DNA of 63,874 nucleotides, filler included, from an uncultured Methanoregulaceae archaeon (GCA_964530035.1; 3 parts of 3 records of this genome joined end to end with filler, not necessarily neighbours in it), one strand, 5' to 3'; counted from the whole stretch's first letter, positions 1 to 10,616 are shown. Notes: a model not told the origin generated them from the letters alone. Numbers and translations are program-made.

Positions 1-2
1 AA

Positions 3-617
3 TTGATTATTCCGCAGGATCGAAAATTTTTCGACCTTTTTGAGCAAATGGCAGCGCTCCTCCCGAAGGCCTCGGCCGAGCTCGTCGGCCTCTTCGAGGA
101 CTTCACCGATGTGAAAACAAAGGCGTTGCGAATCAAGGATATCGAACATGAGGGCGATACGCTCTCGCACCAGATCTACGAACAGCTCAACCGTACCTTC
201 ATCACACCCCTTGAACCCGAAGAGATATCCCGGCTGGCTTCAAGTCTCGATAATGTCCTCGACTACATCGACGGGACCGCGAGGAAGCTCCGCTATTACG
301 GCATCAGCGAGTCCGATTACCATATGATCGAGCTGTCAAAACTCATCCAGCTTTCCGTCATCGAACTCGAGCAGGGGGTAAAAGGCATCCGGACCCTGAA
401 GAACCCGGACGAGATCGAAAAGCGCTGCATCGAGATCAACCGCCTTGAAAATATCGCAGACGATGTGAAGGCACAGGCAATCCTCGACCTTTTTACACGG
501 AGCGATGCCGTGACCATCATAAAACTCAAGGATATCTACGAATCGCTTGAAAAGGCAACCGACATGTGCGAAGACGCCGCTAACGTGCTCTCGGACATCG
601 CGATCCGGCATTCGTGA
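3..617 (+). CDS. DUF47 / PhoU-like phosphate transport regulator (N-terminus probably cut by window edge)
   Basis: IEHEGD...LNRTFITPLEPEEI and LENIADD...IIKLKDIYESLEKATD motifs; directly upstream of a PiT transporter. Confidence 0.9.
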   Translation: MIIPQDRKFFDLFEQMAALLPKASAELVGLFEDFTDVKTKALRIKDIEHEGDTLSHQIYEQLNRTFITPLEPEEISRLASSLDNVLDYIDGTARKLRYYGISESDYHMIELSKLIQLSVIELEQGVKGIRTLKNPDEIEKRCIEINRLENIADDVKAQAILDLFTRSDAVTIIKLKDIYESLEKATDMCEDAANVLSDIAIRHS

Positions 618-646
618 GGGGACGAAGGGACCAGTGAGGGGCGGTC

Positions 647-1678
647 ATGATCGAGGCAACCTGGATACTCATCGTCTTCATCATCGGCATCGCGCTGGTC
701 TTTGACTTCACGAATGGCTTTCATGACTCTGCCAACTCCATCTCCACGGTCGTATCCACCAAGGTCCTCTCCCCCCGGAAAGCGGTCGTATTTGCCGCAT
801 TCTTCAATTTCGTTGCCGCGTTCGGCTTCGGGGTCGCTGTTGCGAGCACGATAAGCAAGATCATCCAGCTTTCCGTCGTCGAAACCGCGGTCGTCCCCTA
901 TATCATCCTCGCGGCACTGATCGGTGCAATCTCCTGGAACCTGATTACGTGGTTCTTCGGCCTGCCTACTTCATCTTCACATGCCCTTATCGGAGGCCTG
1001 ACGGGAGCGGGTCTTTCAGCGGCCGGCCTTGCGGCGATAAAGTGGTCTACCGTCGGGCAGGTGGCCCTCTTCATGGTCCTGTCTCCTCTTATAGGCCTGA
1101 CCTGCGGGTTCCTTTTTATGGCTGCGATCCTCCACATCACGAAGAGAGCAAACAAGCACTCGGCAGAAGGATACTTCAAGCGCCTGCAGCTCTGCTCCGC
1201 TGCGGCATACAGTTTCAGTCACGGAACGAACGATGCCCAGAAGACCATTGGTATCATCATCCCCCTCCTGTTCTCCATTGGGTACTTCGGTACAGCCATA
1301 GACCCGAACCACCTCCCGGTACCGCTCTGGGTTATCCTGATTTCGTATGGTGCTATCGCCCTCGGTACTCTATCCGGAGGGTGGAGGATTGTCAAGACCA
1401 TGGGGTACAAGATCACGAAACTGCGGCCTGTCCACGGGTTTGCAGCCGAAACCGCCGGGGCATGCACGATCATAGGTGCATCGGTTGCCGGCATACCAGT
1501 CAGCACCACCCATATCATCTGCACCTCTATCATGGGTGTAGGCTCGACGATGGGGGCCAGTACCGTGAAATGGGGTGTCGCGAGGACTATCATGTGGGCC
1601 TGGCTCCTCACCATCCCCCTGAGCGCCTGCATCGGGTTCGCGGCGTTTATCGTGATCCGAGTTCTCATCGGGTATTAA
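647..1678 (+). CDS. pit: Inorganic phosphate transporter, PiT family
   Basis: FDFTNGFHDSANSI, GLPTSSSHAL, HGTNDAQK and GIPVSTTH signature motifs; multiple TM segments. Confidence 0.95.
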   Translation: MIEATWILIVFIIGIALVFDFTNGFHDSANSISTVVSTKVLSPRKAVVFAAFFNFVAAFGFGVAVASTISKIIQLSVVETAVVPYIILAALIGAISWNLITWFFGLPTSSSHALIGGLTGAGLSAAGLAAIKWSTVGQVALFMVLSPLIGLTCGFLFMAAILHITKRANKHSAEGYFKRLQLCSAAAYSFSHGTNDAQKTIGIIIPLLFSIGYFGTAIDPNHLPVPLWVILISYGAIALGTLSGGWRIVKTMGYKITKLRPVHGFAAETAGACTIIGASVAGIPVSTTHIICTSIMGVGSTMGASTVKWGVARTIMWAWLLTIPLSACIGFAAFIVIRVLIGY

Positions 1679-1977
1679 AACACCCTGATGTCAGTACGGG
1701 AGACTCCCCCTGATGGTTCCGGTTACCCCAGATATTCATGAGTGGCTGAATAGGTTCCGCCCCTCATCAATAATAGCTGGAAAATCAGCTCTGTCGTAAC
1801 GCACATGAACGGGATTTCACACCCGGACCATGAACAGCCCCATCCAAAATCTCCTTCTTATGAGGCCATTTTTGCATTTCCAGAGGAAATCCTATGATCG
1901 GAATTACAGCTGATCGAGATCTCTCATGACAGGGTGAATAAAAAGAACATATCGAGGAATTCGACAGAGCCTGAAAA

Positions 1978-2640
1978 TCACTTTTTTTTGAAAAATGCAC
2001 AATAATGTGAGATTGGGCACGTTTCACAACGCGGCCCGCGAGCCATGCAGCACCGGCGGCCATGAGTGATAAGGACATCGGTCAGGTGACCCCAGGAGTC
2101 ACGGGGAAACAGGTCCATCAGGTCGTTCTCGACATGGTCCTGGTCTGGTGACGACGAGAACCCGATACGGTTTGCGAGCCGTCGGACGTGGGTATCAACG
2201 GCAATCCCCTCATTTTTTGAAAAGGCATGATACAGAACAATATTGGCAGTTTTCCGGCCCACTCCGGGCAACGTGAGCAGTGCTGCCATGTCACTGGGGA
2301 CCTGGTCACCGAACGTATCGTGGAGAGTCCGCGATGCACCCATGATGTGGCGTGCCTTTGCGTGAAAGAAACCCGTGCTGTGGATGATGGCTTCCAGTTC
2401 CGGGGCCAGGGCGTTTGAGAGGGCAGCAGGGTCAGGATACCTCGAGAACAGGGGACCGGCTATGGCGTCGACCTGCCGGTCCGTTGTCTGGGCTGACAGG
2501 ATCGTGAGGATCAGAATCTGAAAGGGTGACCGGAAGTGGCGTGGTTTCCACGCCGCGTCAGGGTAGGTGGAACACAGGATGCGGTAGACCGTATCGGCAT
2601 CTTTTCGGGGATACTTCCTGGTACCAGGTCGGGCGGACAT
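1978..2640 (-). CDS. nth: Endonuclease III (HhH-GPD glycosylase with 4Fe-4S cluster)
   Basis: ILSAQTTD, LPGVGRKTAN, VDTHV and C-x6-C-x2-C-x5-C motifs; start placed at ATG 2640 because the longer ORF overlaps the tRNA. Confidence 0.93.
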   Translation of the reverse strand: MSARPGTRKYPRKDADTVYRILCSTYPDAAWKPRHFRSPFQILILTILSAQTTDRQVDAIAGPLFSRYPDPAALSNALAPELEAIIHSTGFFHAKARHIMGASRTLHDTFGDQVPSDMAALLTLPGVGRKTANIVLYHAFSKNEGIAVDTHVRRLANRIGFSSSPDQDHVENDLMDLFPRDSWGHLTDVLITHGRRCCMARGPRCETCPISHYCAFFKKK

Positions 2641-2649
2641 GGAAAAAGA

Positions 2650-2724
2650 TGGGGTAAGGCAGATTCGAACTGCCGTCAAAGCGTCCCAAACGCTCTAGGA
2701 TGGACCAGGCTACCCTATTACCCC
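2650..2724 (-). tRNA. tRNA-Pro (anticodon UGG), no intron, CCA not encoded
   Basis: Reverse complement GGGGTAA-TAGGGTAGCCTGGTCCATCCTA-GAGCG-TTTGGGA-CGCTT-TGAC-GGCAG-TTCGAAT-CTGCC-TTACCCC-A folds into a cloverleaf. Confidence 0.95.
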
Positions 2725-2777
2725 GGATGCAGTAATTACGTGTGTGGTCTTCTCACAAATACGTATGGATATATGGT

Positions 2778-3485
2778 TTACCGGAGGGGAAGCGGTGTCG
2801 TGCCCGAACGGCTCACAAGGGTCACCGGGACGTTATCGCCTGAGAGAAGCCGGGTCAGGGACTCCGGGTCCCTTCCGTCCATGACCACCAGGGGAATACC
2901 GCTGCGCTCCACGATCCGTACCGAAACAAGGTCCATGACCAGGTTCGCCCCGGCCGCCAGCTGGCTCTGGCTGATGAGACGTACCAGTTCTCTAGGTTCG
3001 AGCCGCTCGAACCGCTGTGCACCGGGTGTCGTCCTCGGGTCTGCGCTGTAAATCCCGTCCACGGAAGTGAGGTTGACGAGGAGGTCGGCTCTCACGCGTT
3101 CGGCAAGCACAGCGGCAACGGCATCAGTCGTCTGCCCCGGGGTGACGCCACCCATGACTACGATCCTGCCGGAACAGGCCGCCTCGAGTGCACCCGTCTG
3201 GTCTGCCGGGACCGCTGGCCAGGCTGCTTTTCCGAGGGCGGTGATCAGGAGGGCGGCATTCAGCCTGGTCACACGGATCCCGATCTCATCTGCGGTGGCG
3301 TCGTCGGCTCCACAGTCGCGGGCAACGGTAATGTACTTCCTGGCCTCGCCTCCACCCCCGACCACGACAAAGAGCCGGTGTTTTAGGGCGATCCCCGTGA
3401 GCGCCGGTGCATACCCCTTCAGGTTGGGATTTTCAATGGAAGGAAACAGGACTGAGCCCCCGAGGGACAGGACGATGGTTGCCAT
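2778..3485 (-). CDS. pyrH: UMP kinase (archaeal type)
   Basis: IVLSLGGSV, VVGGGGEARKYI, PGQTTDAVAA and TSVDGIYSADP; start at ATG 3485 (or 3491). Confidence 0.93.
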   Translation of the reverse strand: MATIVLSLGGSVLFPSIENPNLKGYAPALTGIALKHRLFVVVGGGGEARKYITVARDCGADDATADEIGIRVTRLNAALLITALGKAAWPAVPADQTGALEAACSGRIVVMGGVTPGQTTDAVAAVLAERVRADLLVNLTSVDGIYSADPRTTPGAQRFERLEPRELVRLISQSQLAAGANLVMDLVSVRIVERSGIPLVVMDGRDPESLTRLLSGDNVPVTLVSRSGTTPLPLR

Positions 3486-3529
3486 ACGCATCCATAGGTT
3501 TCTTGAATCGGGAGATATAGTTGTTGTAC

Positions 3530-3727
3530 ATGCTCTGCTGCCCTGTTTGTAACGGTACCGCGGTCTACGAGGTGGCCGGCGGTTATCTCGGCCAGGTGTA
3601 CCGGTGCAAGGACTGTGGCTATCGCGGCTCCTTTGTCCTGGAAATTGACAACCCTTCACCAGGTAACCCGCAGGCGGGGGAACACGTCCGCCAGGGGGAT
3701 GAAGATGCCAGGCACGGCACAGCATGA
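3530..3727 (+). CDS. Small zinc-ribbon protein
   Basis: CPVC...GGYLGQVYRCKDCGYRG paired CxxC motifs. Confidence 0.75.
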   Translation: MLCCPVCNGTAVYEVAGGYLGQVYRCKDCGYRGSFVLEIDNPSPGNPQAGEHVRQGDEDARHGTA

Positions 3728-4727
3728 AGCCCGTCTCTATGTGAAAGGAGAGGGCCAGGAGACGACCTGTTCTCTCTGCAGTCACCGGTGCCATATCCGC
3801 GAAGGAAAAACAGGAATATGCGGGGTAAGGAAAAATGTCTGCGGGACACTGTACGCGACTACCTACTCTCTCGTAAGCGCCGAGGCGGTTGACCCGGTCG
3901 AAAAAAAACCACTGTACCATTACCTCCCGGGCACGACAACCTACTCGCTCGGAAGCATCGGATGCAATTTTTCCTGTGCACACTGCCAGAACTGGCATAT
4001 CTCCCGCAACGGCAACAGGGTCAGGCTGCAGGAGATCCCTCCCGTGGAAGGTGTGCGCCGGGCGGTTGCAGCGGGTTGCAGCAGTATCGCATGGACCTAC
4101 AACGAGCCGACCATATGGCATGAATATGCGCTCGAAATGGCTTCAGAGGCACGCAAACAGGGTCTTGGGACAATCTACGTCACGAACGGGTATATCACCG
4201 AAGAGGGGCTCGATGAACTCTCACCGGTGCTGAATGCCTTCAGGGTTGACATCAAGGCTTTCCATGAGGAATTTTACCGCTCGGTCTGCCATGCACACCT
4301 GGAGCCGGTCCTCGCATCAACAACCCGGGCGCATGAGCTCGGGATGCACGTCGAGATTGTGAACCTCGTGATACCCGGCCTGAACGACAGTGAAGAAGAA
4401 GTGACCGGGCTCATCCGGTGGATCATCGACACGCTTGGCCCGGAGGTCCCGGTCCATTTCACCAGGTTCCACCCCGATTACCACATGACCGACCGCATGG
4501 CTACGCCACTCGCCACCCTGGAGAAGATCTATCGTCTTGCACAGGACAACGGGCTTTTTTATCCCTACCTTGGAAATGTCGCGTCTCACCCCTTCGAACA
4601 TACCTATTGCCCCACCTGTCACGCCCCCCTGATCATACGGTCAGGATTTGACAGCCGGATTATCGGCCTGGACGGAACCAGGTGCAGGAGTTGTGGAACG
4701 GAGGCCGGCATTGTCAGGACCCCCTGA
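3699..4727 (+). CDS. amrS: AmmeMemoRadiSam system radical SAM enzyme
   Basis: CSLCSHRC N-terminus, VDPVEKKPLYH, GCNFSCAHCQNW (CxxxCxxC), WTYNEPTIW, FTRFHPDY; start approximate. Confidence 0.9.
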   Translation: MKMPGTAQHEARLYVKGEGQETTCSLCSHRCHIREGKTGICGVRKNVCGTLYATTYSLVSAEAVDPVEKKPLYHYLPGTTTYSLGSIGCNFSCAHCQNWHISRNGNRVRLQEIPPVEGVRRAVAAGCSSIAWTYNEPTIWHEYALEMASEARKQGLGTIYVTNGYITEEGLDELSPVLNAFRVDIKAFHEEFYRSVCHAHLEPVLASTTRAHELGMHVEIVNLVIPGLNDSEEEVTGLIRWIIDTLGPEVPVHFTRFHPDYHMTDRMATPLATLEKIYRLAQDNGLFYPYLGNVASHPFEHTYCPTCHAPLIIRSGFDSRIIGLDGTRCRSCGTEAGIVRTP

Positions 4728-5235
4728 GCCCCCGCCCCGGCCACGGTTCATCACCGACCGGATGCTCGGTCCCCTGTGCCGGTACCTGAGAATGATGGGG
4801 TATGATACCCTTGACACCAACCGCCTCCCCCCCGGGGACCCGGGGGAGGACAGCGAAATAATCAGGATAGCGCAGCAAGATGGCCGTTTTATCCTCACAC
4901 GGGACCGGGACCTTGTACGGAGAGGAGGGGCTAGTGCCGTCCTTGTCAAGGCCCCCGAGGTCATCGATCAGGTGTTGTTCCTGGTCCGGAATGGATTGGT
5001 CCGGCCGCAGCTTGTCCTTGACCGGTGCCCCCTGTGTAACGAAAAGCTAAGGCCCGCCACACCTTCCGAAGTCAGGGCAGCCCCGTATGCACCGGAAACA
5101 GACCCTGAATCGGGTTATACCTGGTGCGATTCCTGCAGCAGGCTGTACTGGACCGGGGGTCATTGTGCACGGATGAAGGAACGGCTCCTTGAAGTGGCCC
5201 GGGAAGATACGACCGGGCGGCCACCCCTGGTGTGA
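4711..5235 (+). CDS. Mut7-C RNase / PIN-like domain protein with zinc ribbon
   Basis: RFITDRMLGPLCRYLRMMGYDT, ILTRDRDL, RCPLCN...CDSCSRLYWTGGH; start approximate. Confidence 0.85.
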   Translation: MSGPPEPPPRPRFITDRMLGPLCRYLRMMGYDTLDTNRLPPGDPGEDSEIIRIAQQDGRFILTRDRDLVRRGGASAVLVKAPEVIDQVLFLVRNGLVRPQLVLDRCPLCNEKLRPATPSEVRAAPYAPETDPESGYTWCDSCSRLYWTGGHCARMKERLLEVAREDTTGRPPLV

Positions 5236-5337
5236 CGTCCCGCCAACAGCGCCGTAGTTTCAGGGCATGTCCGGTACATGCCCTCTCCCGCCATTTCAGG
5301 AAACAATCATACATGATGATGACAAGATTTTTACCAT

Positions 5338-7470
5338 ATGGTCCGTTCCAGGATAGCAAAGCCCCCCAGAAACGCGGAAGACCCTCTCTTTAAAAATCCG
5401 GACCTTTACATCAACCGCGAACTCTCCTGGATCCAGTTCAATGCCCATGTCCTGGAAGAGGCACGGGATACATCCCATCCCCTCCTTGAACGGGTCAAGT
5501 TCCTGGCAATCTTTGCGAACAACCTCGATGAGTTCTTCATGATACGGGTAGCCGGCCTCCAGCGGCAGCGCGAAAAGGGCGTTCTTGAAGCCCCCCCCGA
5601 CGGACTCACTCCCGGGCGGCAGATCGAGGAGATTGACCGTATGCTGCTCCCGTTTCTTGAGGAACAGAGCCGCTGCTGGAGGGAGGACCTCCTGCCCAGG
5701 CTGCATGATGCCGGCATCCATATCCAGGCCTACCATGACCTGCCTGGTGACATGCAGACTGCGATGAGGGAGCTGTTCATCAGGGAAATTTTTCCCATCC
5801 TGACTCCCCTGGCCTTTGACAAGACCCACCCGTTCCCCTTTATTTCCAACCTCTCCCTTAACCTTGCCATTATCCTCAAGGACCCGGAAGGTGGACGTGA
5901 CCTGTTCGCCAGGCTCAAGGTCCCGACCCCCCTCTTTCCCCGTCTCATGCGTGTCCAGGAAAAGGGCAGTAAAGCCGGTTCCCCCCCGCAAGGGACCAGG
6001 TTTGTTTTCATCGAGGACCTGATCGCAGCAAACCTTGACCTCCTCTTTCCCGGCCTCGAGGTTATCGCAGCCTATCCCTTCCGGGTGACAAGGGATGCCG
6101 ACATCGAGATCGAGGAGGACGAAGCATCGGACCTGCTGACGTCCATCGTCGAATCGGTTGAGATGAGGCGTCGTGGATCCCCGGTCCGTGTCGAGATTGA
6201 CCGGAACATTCCGTATCTCACCTGTACCCTTATCAGTAAAACAATGGGACTGACTCCGGGGATGCTTCACCTCGTTGACTCCCCGGTCGGAATGGCTGAC
6301 CTCATGCAGCTGACGGGTCTGGACCGCCCTGATCTGAAGGACGAGTCCTTCGTTCCCTCAATCCCGGATTCCCTCATTCATGAGAACACCATGTTCTCAG
6401 AGATCAGGAAAAGGGACATCCTCATGTTCCACCCCTACGAGAGCTTCCAGCCGGTCATCAATTTTCTCTGGCAGGCAGCTACAGACCCCGATGTCCTCGC
6501 CATCAAGATGACGCTGTACCGTGTCGGGGCGGACTCTCCGGTTGTTGCAGCACTCATGAAGGCACGGGAGAACGGTAAGGCCGTGGCGGCCCTGATCGAG
6601 CTCAAGGCCAGGTTTGATGAGGAAAATAACATCGGGTGGGCCCGTGCCCTTGAACAGGCCGGTGTCCACGTTGTCTACGGGGTCCGCAACCTCAAGGTAC
6701 ACGCAAAACTCTGCATGGTTGTCCGAAGGGAGAAGGACTGTATCTGCCGGTATGTCCATATGTCCTCCGGGAATTACAATGCGACAACAAGCCGTGTTTA
6801 TACTGATATCGGGATTTTCACGGCAAACCAGGAGATCGGGGCGGATGTCGCCGACCTTTTCAATTCTCTGACGGGGTATTCCCGGATCCATGCCTATAGG
6901 AAGCTTCTCGTATCCCCGAAAACGCTCCGTGAAGGGGTGACTGACCGGATTGAACGGGAGATTGTATACCACCGTGACCACGGCAACGGGCATATCATCC
7001 TCAAGCTGAATGCCCTGGTTGACAAAAAAATCATAACCGCGTTGTACAGGGCATCCCAGGCCGGTGTACGGGTTGAACTCCAGGTACGGGGGATCTGTTG
7101 CCTGAGGCCCGGTCTGGACGGCGTCAGCACGGGTATAACAGTAACGTCCATCGTAGGGCGGTTCCTTGAACACGCAAGGATTTACTACTTCAATAACAAC
7201 GGTGAGCCGGAGGTGCTTCTCGGCAGCGCCGATCTCATGCCCCGCAACCTTGACAGGAGGGTAGAGGTACTTTTTCCCGTCCTCGACAGGAATATCCGCG
7301 AGAGCATTATTGAAACAATTCTTCCGGTACACCTGCATGACACCCAGAAAGCCCGGCTGTTGCACGGGGATGGTTCCTATGAACGTTTAAGTCCTGGAGA
7401 AGGCAAAGAACCCCTTTCAGCCCAGGCCTGGTGCATAGAACACCGGGGGGCATGGCAGTATGACTCCTGA
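5338..7470 (+). CDS. ppk1: Polyphosphate kinase 1
   Basis: YINRELSW, NNLDEFFMIRVAGL, FHPYESF, IELKARFDEENNI, KVHAK and GRFLEHAR motifs. Confidence 0.97.
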   Translation: MVRSRIAKPPRNAEDPLFKNPDLYINRELSWIQFNAHVLEEARDTSHPLLERVKFLAIFANNLDEFFMIRVAGLQRQREKGVLEAPPDGLTPGRQIEEIDRMLLPFLEEQSRCWREDLLPRLHDAGIHIQAYHDLPGDMQTAMRELFIREIFPILTPLAFDKTHPFPFISNLSLNLAIILKDPEGGRDLFARLKVPTPLFPRLMRVQEKGSKAGSPPQGTRFVFIEDLIAANLDLLFPGLEVIAAYPFRVTRDADIEIEEDEASDLLTSIVESVEMRRRGSPVRVEIDRNIPYLTCTLISKTMGLTPGMLHLVDSPVGMADLMQLTGLDRPDLKDESFVPSIPDSLIHENTMFSEIRKRDILMFHPYESFQPVINFLWQAATDPDVLAIKMTLYRVGADSPVVAALMKARENGKAVAALIELKARFDEENNIGWARALEQAGVHVVYGVRNLKVHAKLCMVVRREKDCICRYVHMSSGNYNATTSRVYTDIGIFTANQEIGADVADLFNSLTGYSRIHAYRKLLVSPKTLREGVTDRIEREIVYHRDHGNGHIILKLNALVDKKIITALYRASQAGVRVELQVRGICCLRPGLDGVSTGITVTSIVGRFLEHARIYYFNNNGEPEVLLGSADLMPRNLDRRVEVLFPVLDRNIRESIIETILPVHLHDTQKARLLHGDGSYERLSPGEGKEPLSAQAWCIEHRGAWQYDS

Positions 7471-9397
7471 CCTCCTCACCGCTGTTGATGAACCAATCAC
7501 ATTCTGTCGCTACGGCCGCTGGCTGCTCAGAAGGCAGCTCAGGGCTTTTGCACAGGAAATATCAGCAGTGCGGTCTGCAGAGGGTCCTGAAGCGGTCCAC
7601 AGGATGCGGGTCGCGTCAAGAAGGATACGGGCTGCCCTGCCTCTCTTTTCCGGCTGTTTCGGCAGGTCCCGTGTCGATGGCTGGAGACGTTCGTTCCGCG
7701 CCATAACGAGGGCGCTTGGCGAGGCCCGTGACCTGGACGTCCAGATTGAGTTTGTACAGGAGTACCGTGACAGGTATTTTCCGGGAGAAAAAGGACAGGA
7801 GTTCCTGGGAAGGATCAGTTACTGTTATGCTGACTTAAGAGGCAGGTCGAAGACCGGACCTGCCCTGCATGCGGGGAGGCTCTACCCGAGAATAAAAAAC
7901 CTGGTCAGGTATCTTGCAACTCCGGAACGGAAGGATCCTCTCTCCCAGGACCCGGTTCCCGGTAGAGGTCAGCCGGAAAAAAGGGGGCAGGGAATTGCCT
8001 GCCTCCTATTGCGCCTCCACCAGAAAAGGGCGCTTGTACAATGTTCTATTGAGGACGCCGTCATTAAAATCGGTGAGTCGGGAATTATCGAGGAAATCCA
8101 TCAGCACCTGTATGATATTGCAGAGGGAAAACCGGGTGACCGTACTCGGGTTGACAGGACGGTCTATTTAAAGGCACTTTCAGCCATTATCAGTAAAATG
8201 CATGACCTCCTGGTGATGGAACCGTTCCTTGCGGATCCTGCTGATAAAGCCAGGCACCATGAGTTCCGCATTCTCGTCAAGAGGCTGAGATATACCCTCG
8301 AAGCCTTCGGTCAGCTGTATGCAGACCGCCTGAAGGAGTATGTGGCCTGTCTCAAGGAGATCCAGGACATTCTCGGTGAGATCCATGACTGCGATGTCTG
8401 GATAGAGATGCTTCCCCGGTTCCTCGAGGAGGAAAAAGGACGTATCGAGGAATTTTTTGGTGAAAATTCGTTTTTCAATGAGATCGAACCAGACATAACC
8501 GAACTCCTCTCGTTCGTTACGAAAAGAAGAAACGACCTTTTTGAGGCCATGACTGTCCAATGGAACACCCTGGTCAGGGACAGGGTGTTTGAACGACTGG
8601 TTGCGAGTCTTGAGTCGTACGCAGGGATACCTCTCATTGATGCGTCGTTGTGGCACGAGACCCGGGCATCCGGAGAAGCCCCTCCTGAAAAAAACATGTA
8701 TGCGGTTATTGGTACCCTGAAGGCTGATACTGCATATCTTGACAAAATTGAAGCAAGGATTCGTGAACATGGCGCGACCTGTAATCTTCTTTCCGGATGC
8801 CTGACCCTTCCAGGCGGGCCGACGGCGCCGCGGTACGGCCGGGTCCGCGAGGGTCCTTATATCTCTGTCGCGTGCCGGAAGGTGCCGAAAATTGCCGCGG
8901 ATGAGGATATTCCTGACGACCGAAGGGAACGAACGGGGAAATCCAAGGTACGAAGCCCGAAGCGATGGACCAGGCTCCATCTGTCTGACCAGCAGTATCT
9001 CGCCAGCCTCCCCCCCATGCTCCGTATACGGGACGGGTCGAGGGTCATCAGGGTTGTCGGCGACAGGATTCTGAAAAAAAGCCAGGTTGAGTCGCTCTTA
9101 TCCAGCGATACCGGTCTTGGAGTCCTTACCCGTCTGTTTCCTGCAGATGTGCTGATCTTCGGAGACATGGGTACATGGCATACCGGCACTGCCGGGTCAT
9201 CCCTGGTCATCCGTGCTGGTAACTCGGGACCCGGTTCAGGAAAACATCCTTCTGGTTTCTGTATGCTGCGGATCACCCCTCCGTCTGTTGATTTCGTCCC
9301 TGTCGAGACACCTGCCGTCGCAGGTGAGAGAACAGGATCTCCGGTGGAAACGACGGAAACACGCGGGTCATCAGGGGAAACAGCAGACCCGCAATGA
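7460..9397 (+). CDS. CHAD-domain (polyphosphate-binding) protein with C-terminal degenerate metallophosphoesterase-like domain
   Basis: EAVHRMRVASRRIRA, LGEARDLDV, HEFRILVKRLRYTLE and QDILGEIHDCDV; overlaps the ppk1 stop. Confidence 0.88.
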   Translation: MTPDLLTAVDEPITFCRYGRWLLRRQLRAFAQEISAVRSAEGPEAVHRMRVASRRIRAALPLFSGCFGRSRVDGWRRSFRAITRALGEARDLDVQIEFVQEYRDRYFPGEKGQEFLGRISYCYADLRGRSKTGPALHAGRLYPRIKNLVRYLATPERKDPLSQDPVPGRGQPEKRGQGIACLLLRLHQKRALVQCSIEDAVIKIGESGIIEEIHQHLYDIAEGKPGDRTRVDRTVYLKALSAIISKMHDLLVMEPFLADPADKARHHEFRILVKRLRYTLEAFGQLYADRLKEYVACLKEIQDILGEIHDCDVWIEMLPRFLEEEKGRIEEFFGENSFFNEIEPDITELLSFVTKRRNDLFEAMTVQWNTLVRDRVFERLVASLESYAGIPLIDASLWHETRASGEAPPEKNMYAVIGTLKADTAYLDKIEARIREHGATCNLLSGCLTLPGGPTAPRYGRVREGPYISVACRKVPKIAADEDIPDDRRERTGKSKVRSPKRWTRLHLSDQQYLASLPPMLRIRDGSRVIRVVGDRILKKSQVESLLSSDTGLGVLTRLFPADVLIFGDMGTWHTGTAGSSLVIRAGNSGPGSGKHPSGFCMLRITPPSVDFVPVETPAVAGERTGSPVETTETRGSSGETADPQ

Positions 9398-10014
9398 GCC
9401 AGGCGGTTGCAGGTTCCACTTTCACACCACATGCAGAGGGTATTTTATCCGGGACACCCGACAATGTCTTGAATTTGTTCGTGTCTCAATCGAAAGGGAG
9501 TTCAGCCATACCCGCGAAGCCCGGGTCATTCAGGGTACTGGGTATAGACCCGGGCCTGGCTACGACCGGATACGGCGTGATTGAAAAGAAAGGGATGAAT
9601 ATGACTGCACTTACCCATGGGGTCATACGGACCGCCGGTGCGGATGGTCATGACCTTCCGAAGAGACTTGTCGTTATTTACGACGCCATATCCCTGCTCC
9701 TTGATACCTACCGTCCCGACCAGGTAGCGATGGAGCACCTCTTCTTCTCAAAAAACCGTACATCCGGCATTTTTGTAAGCGAGGCCCGGGGTGTCATAGC
9801 TCTTGCCATAGCCCAGGGCGGTATTCCTCTTTCAGAGTATACTCCCAACCAGGTGAAACAGGCGGTGACCGGTTCCGGGAAAGCCGATAAAAAGCAGGTT
9901 CAGACAATGATTCAAAGGATACTCGGACTCCCCGAGCCCCCGAGGCCGGATGATGCTGCAGACGGGCTTTCCCTTGCACTCTGTCACCTGAACACGATGA
10001 GGTGCATGCGTTGA
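9394..10014 (+). CDS. ruvC: Holliday junction resolvase RuvC
   Basis: VLGIDPGLATTGYGV, AMEHLFF, EYTPNQVKQAVTGSGKADKKQV and PDDAADGL; true start may be further downstream. Confidence 0.95.
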   Translation: MSQAVAGSTFTPHAEGILSGTPDNVLNLFVSQSKGSSAIPAKPGSFRVLGIDPGLATTGYGVIEKKGMNMTALTHGVIRTAGADGHDLPKRLVVIYDAISLLLDTYRPDQVAMEHLFFSKNRTSGIFVSEARGVIALAIAQGGIPLSEYTPNQVKQAVTGSGKADKKQVQTMIQRILGLPEPPRPDDAADGLSLALCHLNTMRCMR

Positions 10015-10616
10015 TCGCCATGATATCCGGCCCGGTACTGGGCATACATGACAATACTGCGGTTATCGAGGCGGCAGGAGTCGGGTATGCGGTCGTTATG
10101 CCGGCAACGGACCTCAGGCAGATGCCTGTTGACGGGACACCCGTCCGGGTCCACACTCACCTCCAGGTCAGGGAGGACGGTCTGTTCCTGTACGGTTTCC
10201 TCAGGCAGAGAGACCTCGAGGTATTCCATGCTCTCACGTCGGTCACGCGGATCGGCCCCACACTTGCCGTATCCGTCCTGTCCCAGATCAGCTCGGAAGA
10301 CCTTGTCCGGGCCATCGTAGGGGAGCAGGAACAGGTGCTGGTCTCCCTTTCCGGGATTGGAAAAAGAAATGCACGCCGGCTTATTGTCGAACTCAAGGAT
10401 ACCTTTGAAAAGATGCCTTCAGAGAGTATCCGACCTGTCCCGCTACAGGGTGGAAACGATGATGAACAGGATGCCGTGAGGGCTCTCATAGCACTTGGAT
10501 TTGATGCAAAAGCAGCTTTTGAGTCAGTATCAGCCGTTTCTGCAGATCGGGGACGGGCAACCGCCCCCGAGATCGTACGGGATGCCCTGGCACGCATGAG
10601 GAGGGGGTCTCTGTGA
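10011..10616 (+). CDS. ruvA: Holliday junction branch migration protein RuvA
   Basis: [20 protein letters not shown], two HhH motifs (IGPTLA, GIGKRNA), C-terminal ALIALGF; TTG start overlaps the ruvC TGA with GAGGTG upstream. Confidence 0.93.
   Translation: MIAMISGPVLGIHDNTAVIEAAGVGYAVVMPATDLRQMPVDGTPVRVHTHLQVREDGLFLYGFLRQRDLEVFHALTSVTRIGPTLAVSVLSQISSEDLVRAIVGEQEQVLVSLSGIGKRNARRLIVELKDTFEKMPSESIRPVPLQGGNDDEQDAVRALIALGFDAKAAFESVSAVSADRGRATAPEIVRDALARMRRGSL

Noticed and set aside
2650..2724. tRNA-Pro as an integration site
   Set aside because: No duplicated tRNA 3' end or integrase nearby; it is flanked by housekeeping genes
2778..4121. 447-aa extended pyrH ORF
   Set aside because: The N-terminal ~210 aa overlap two real plus-strand genes; UMP kinase homology starts at ~3485
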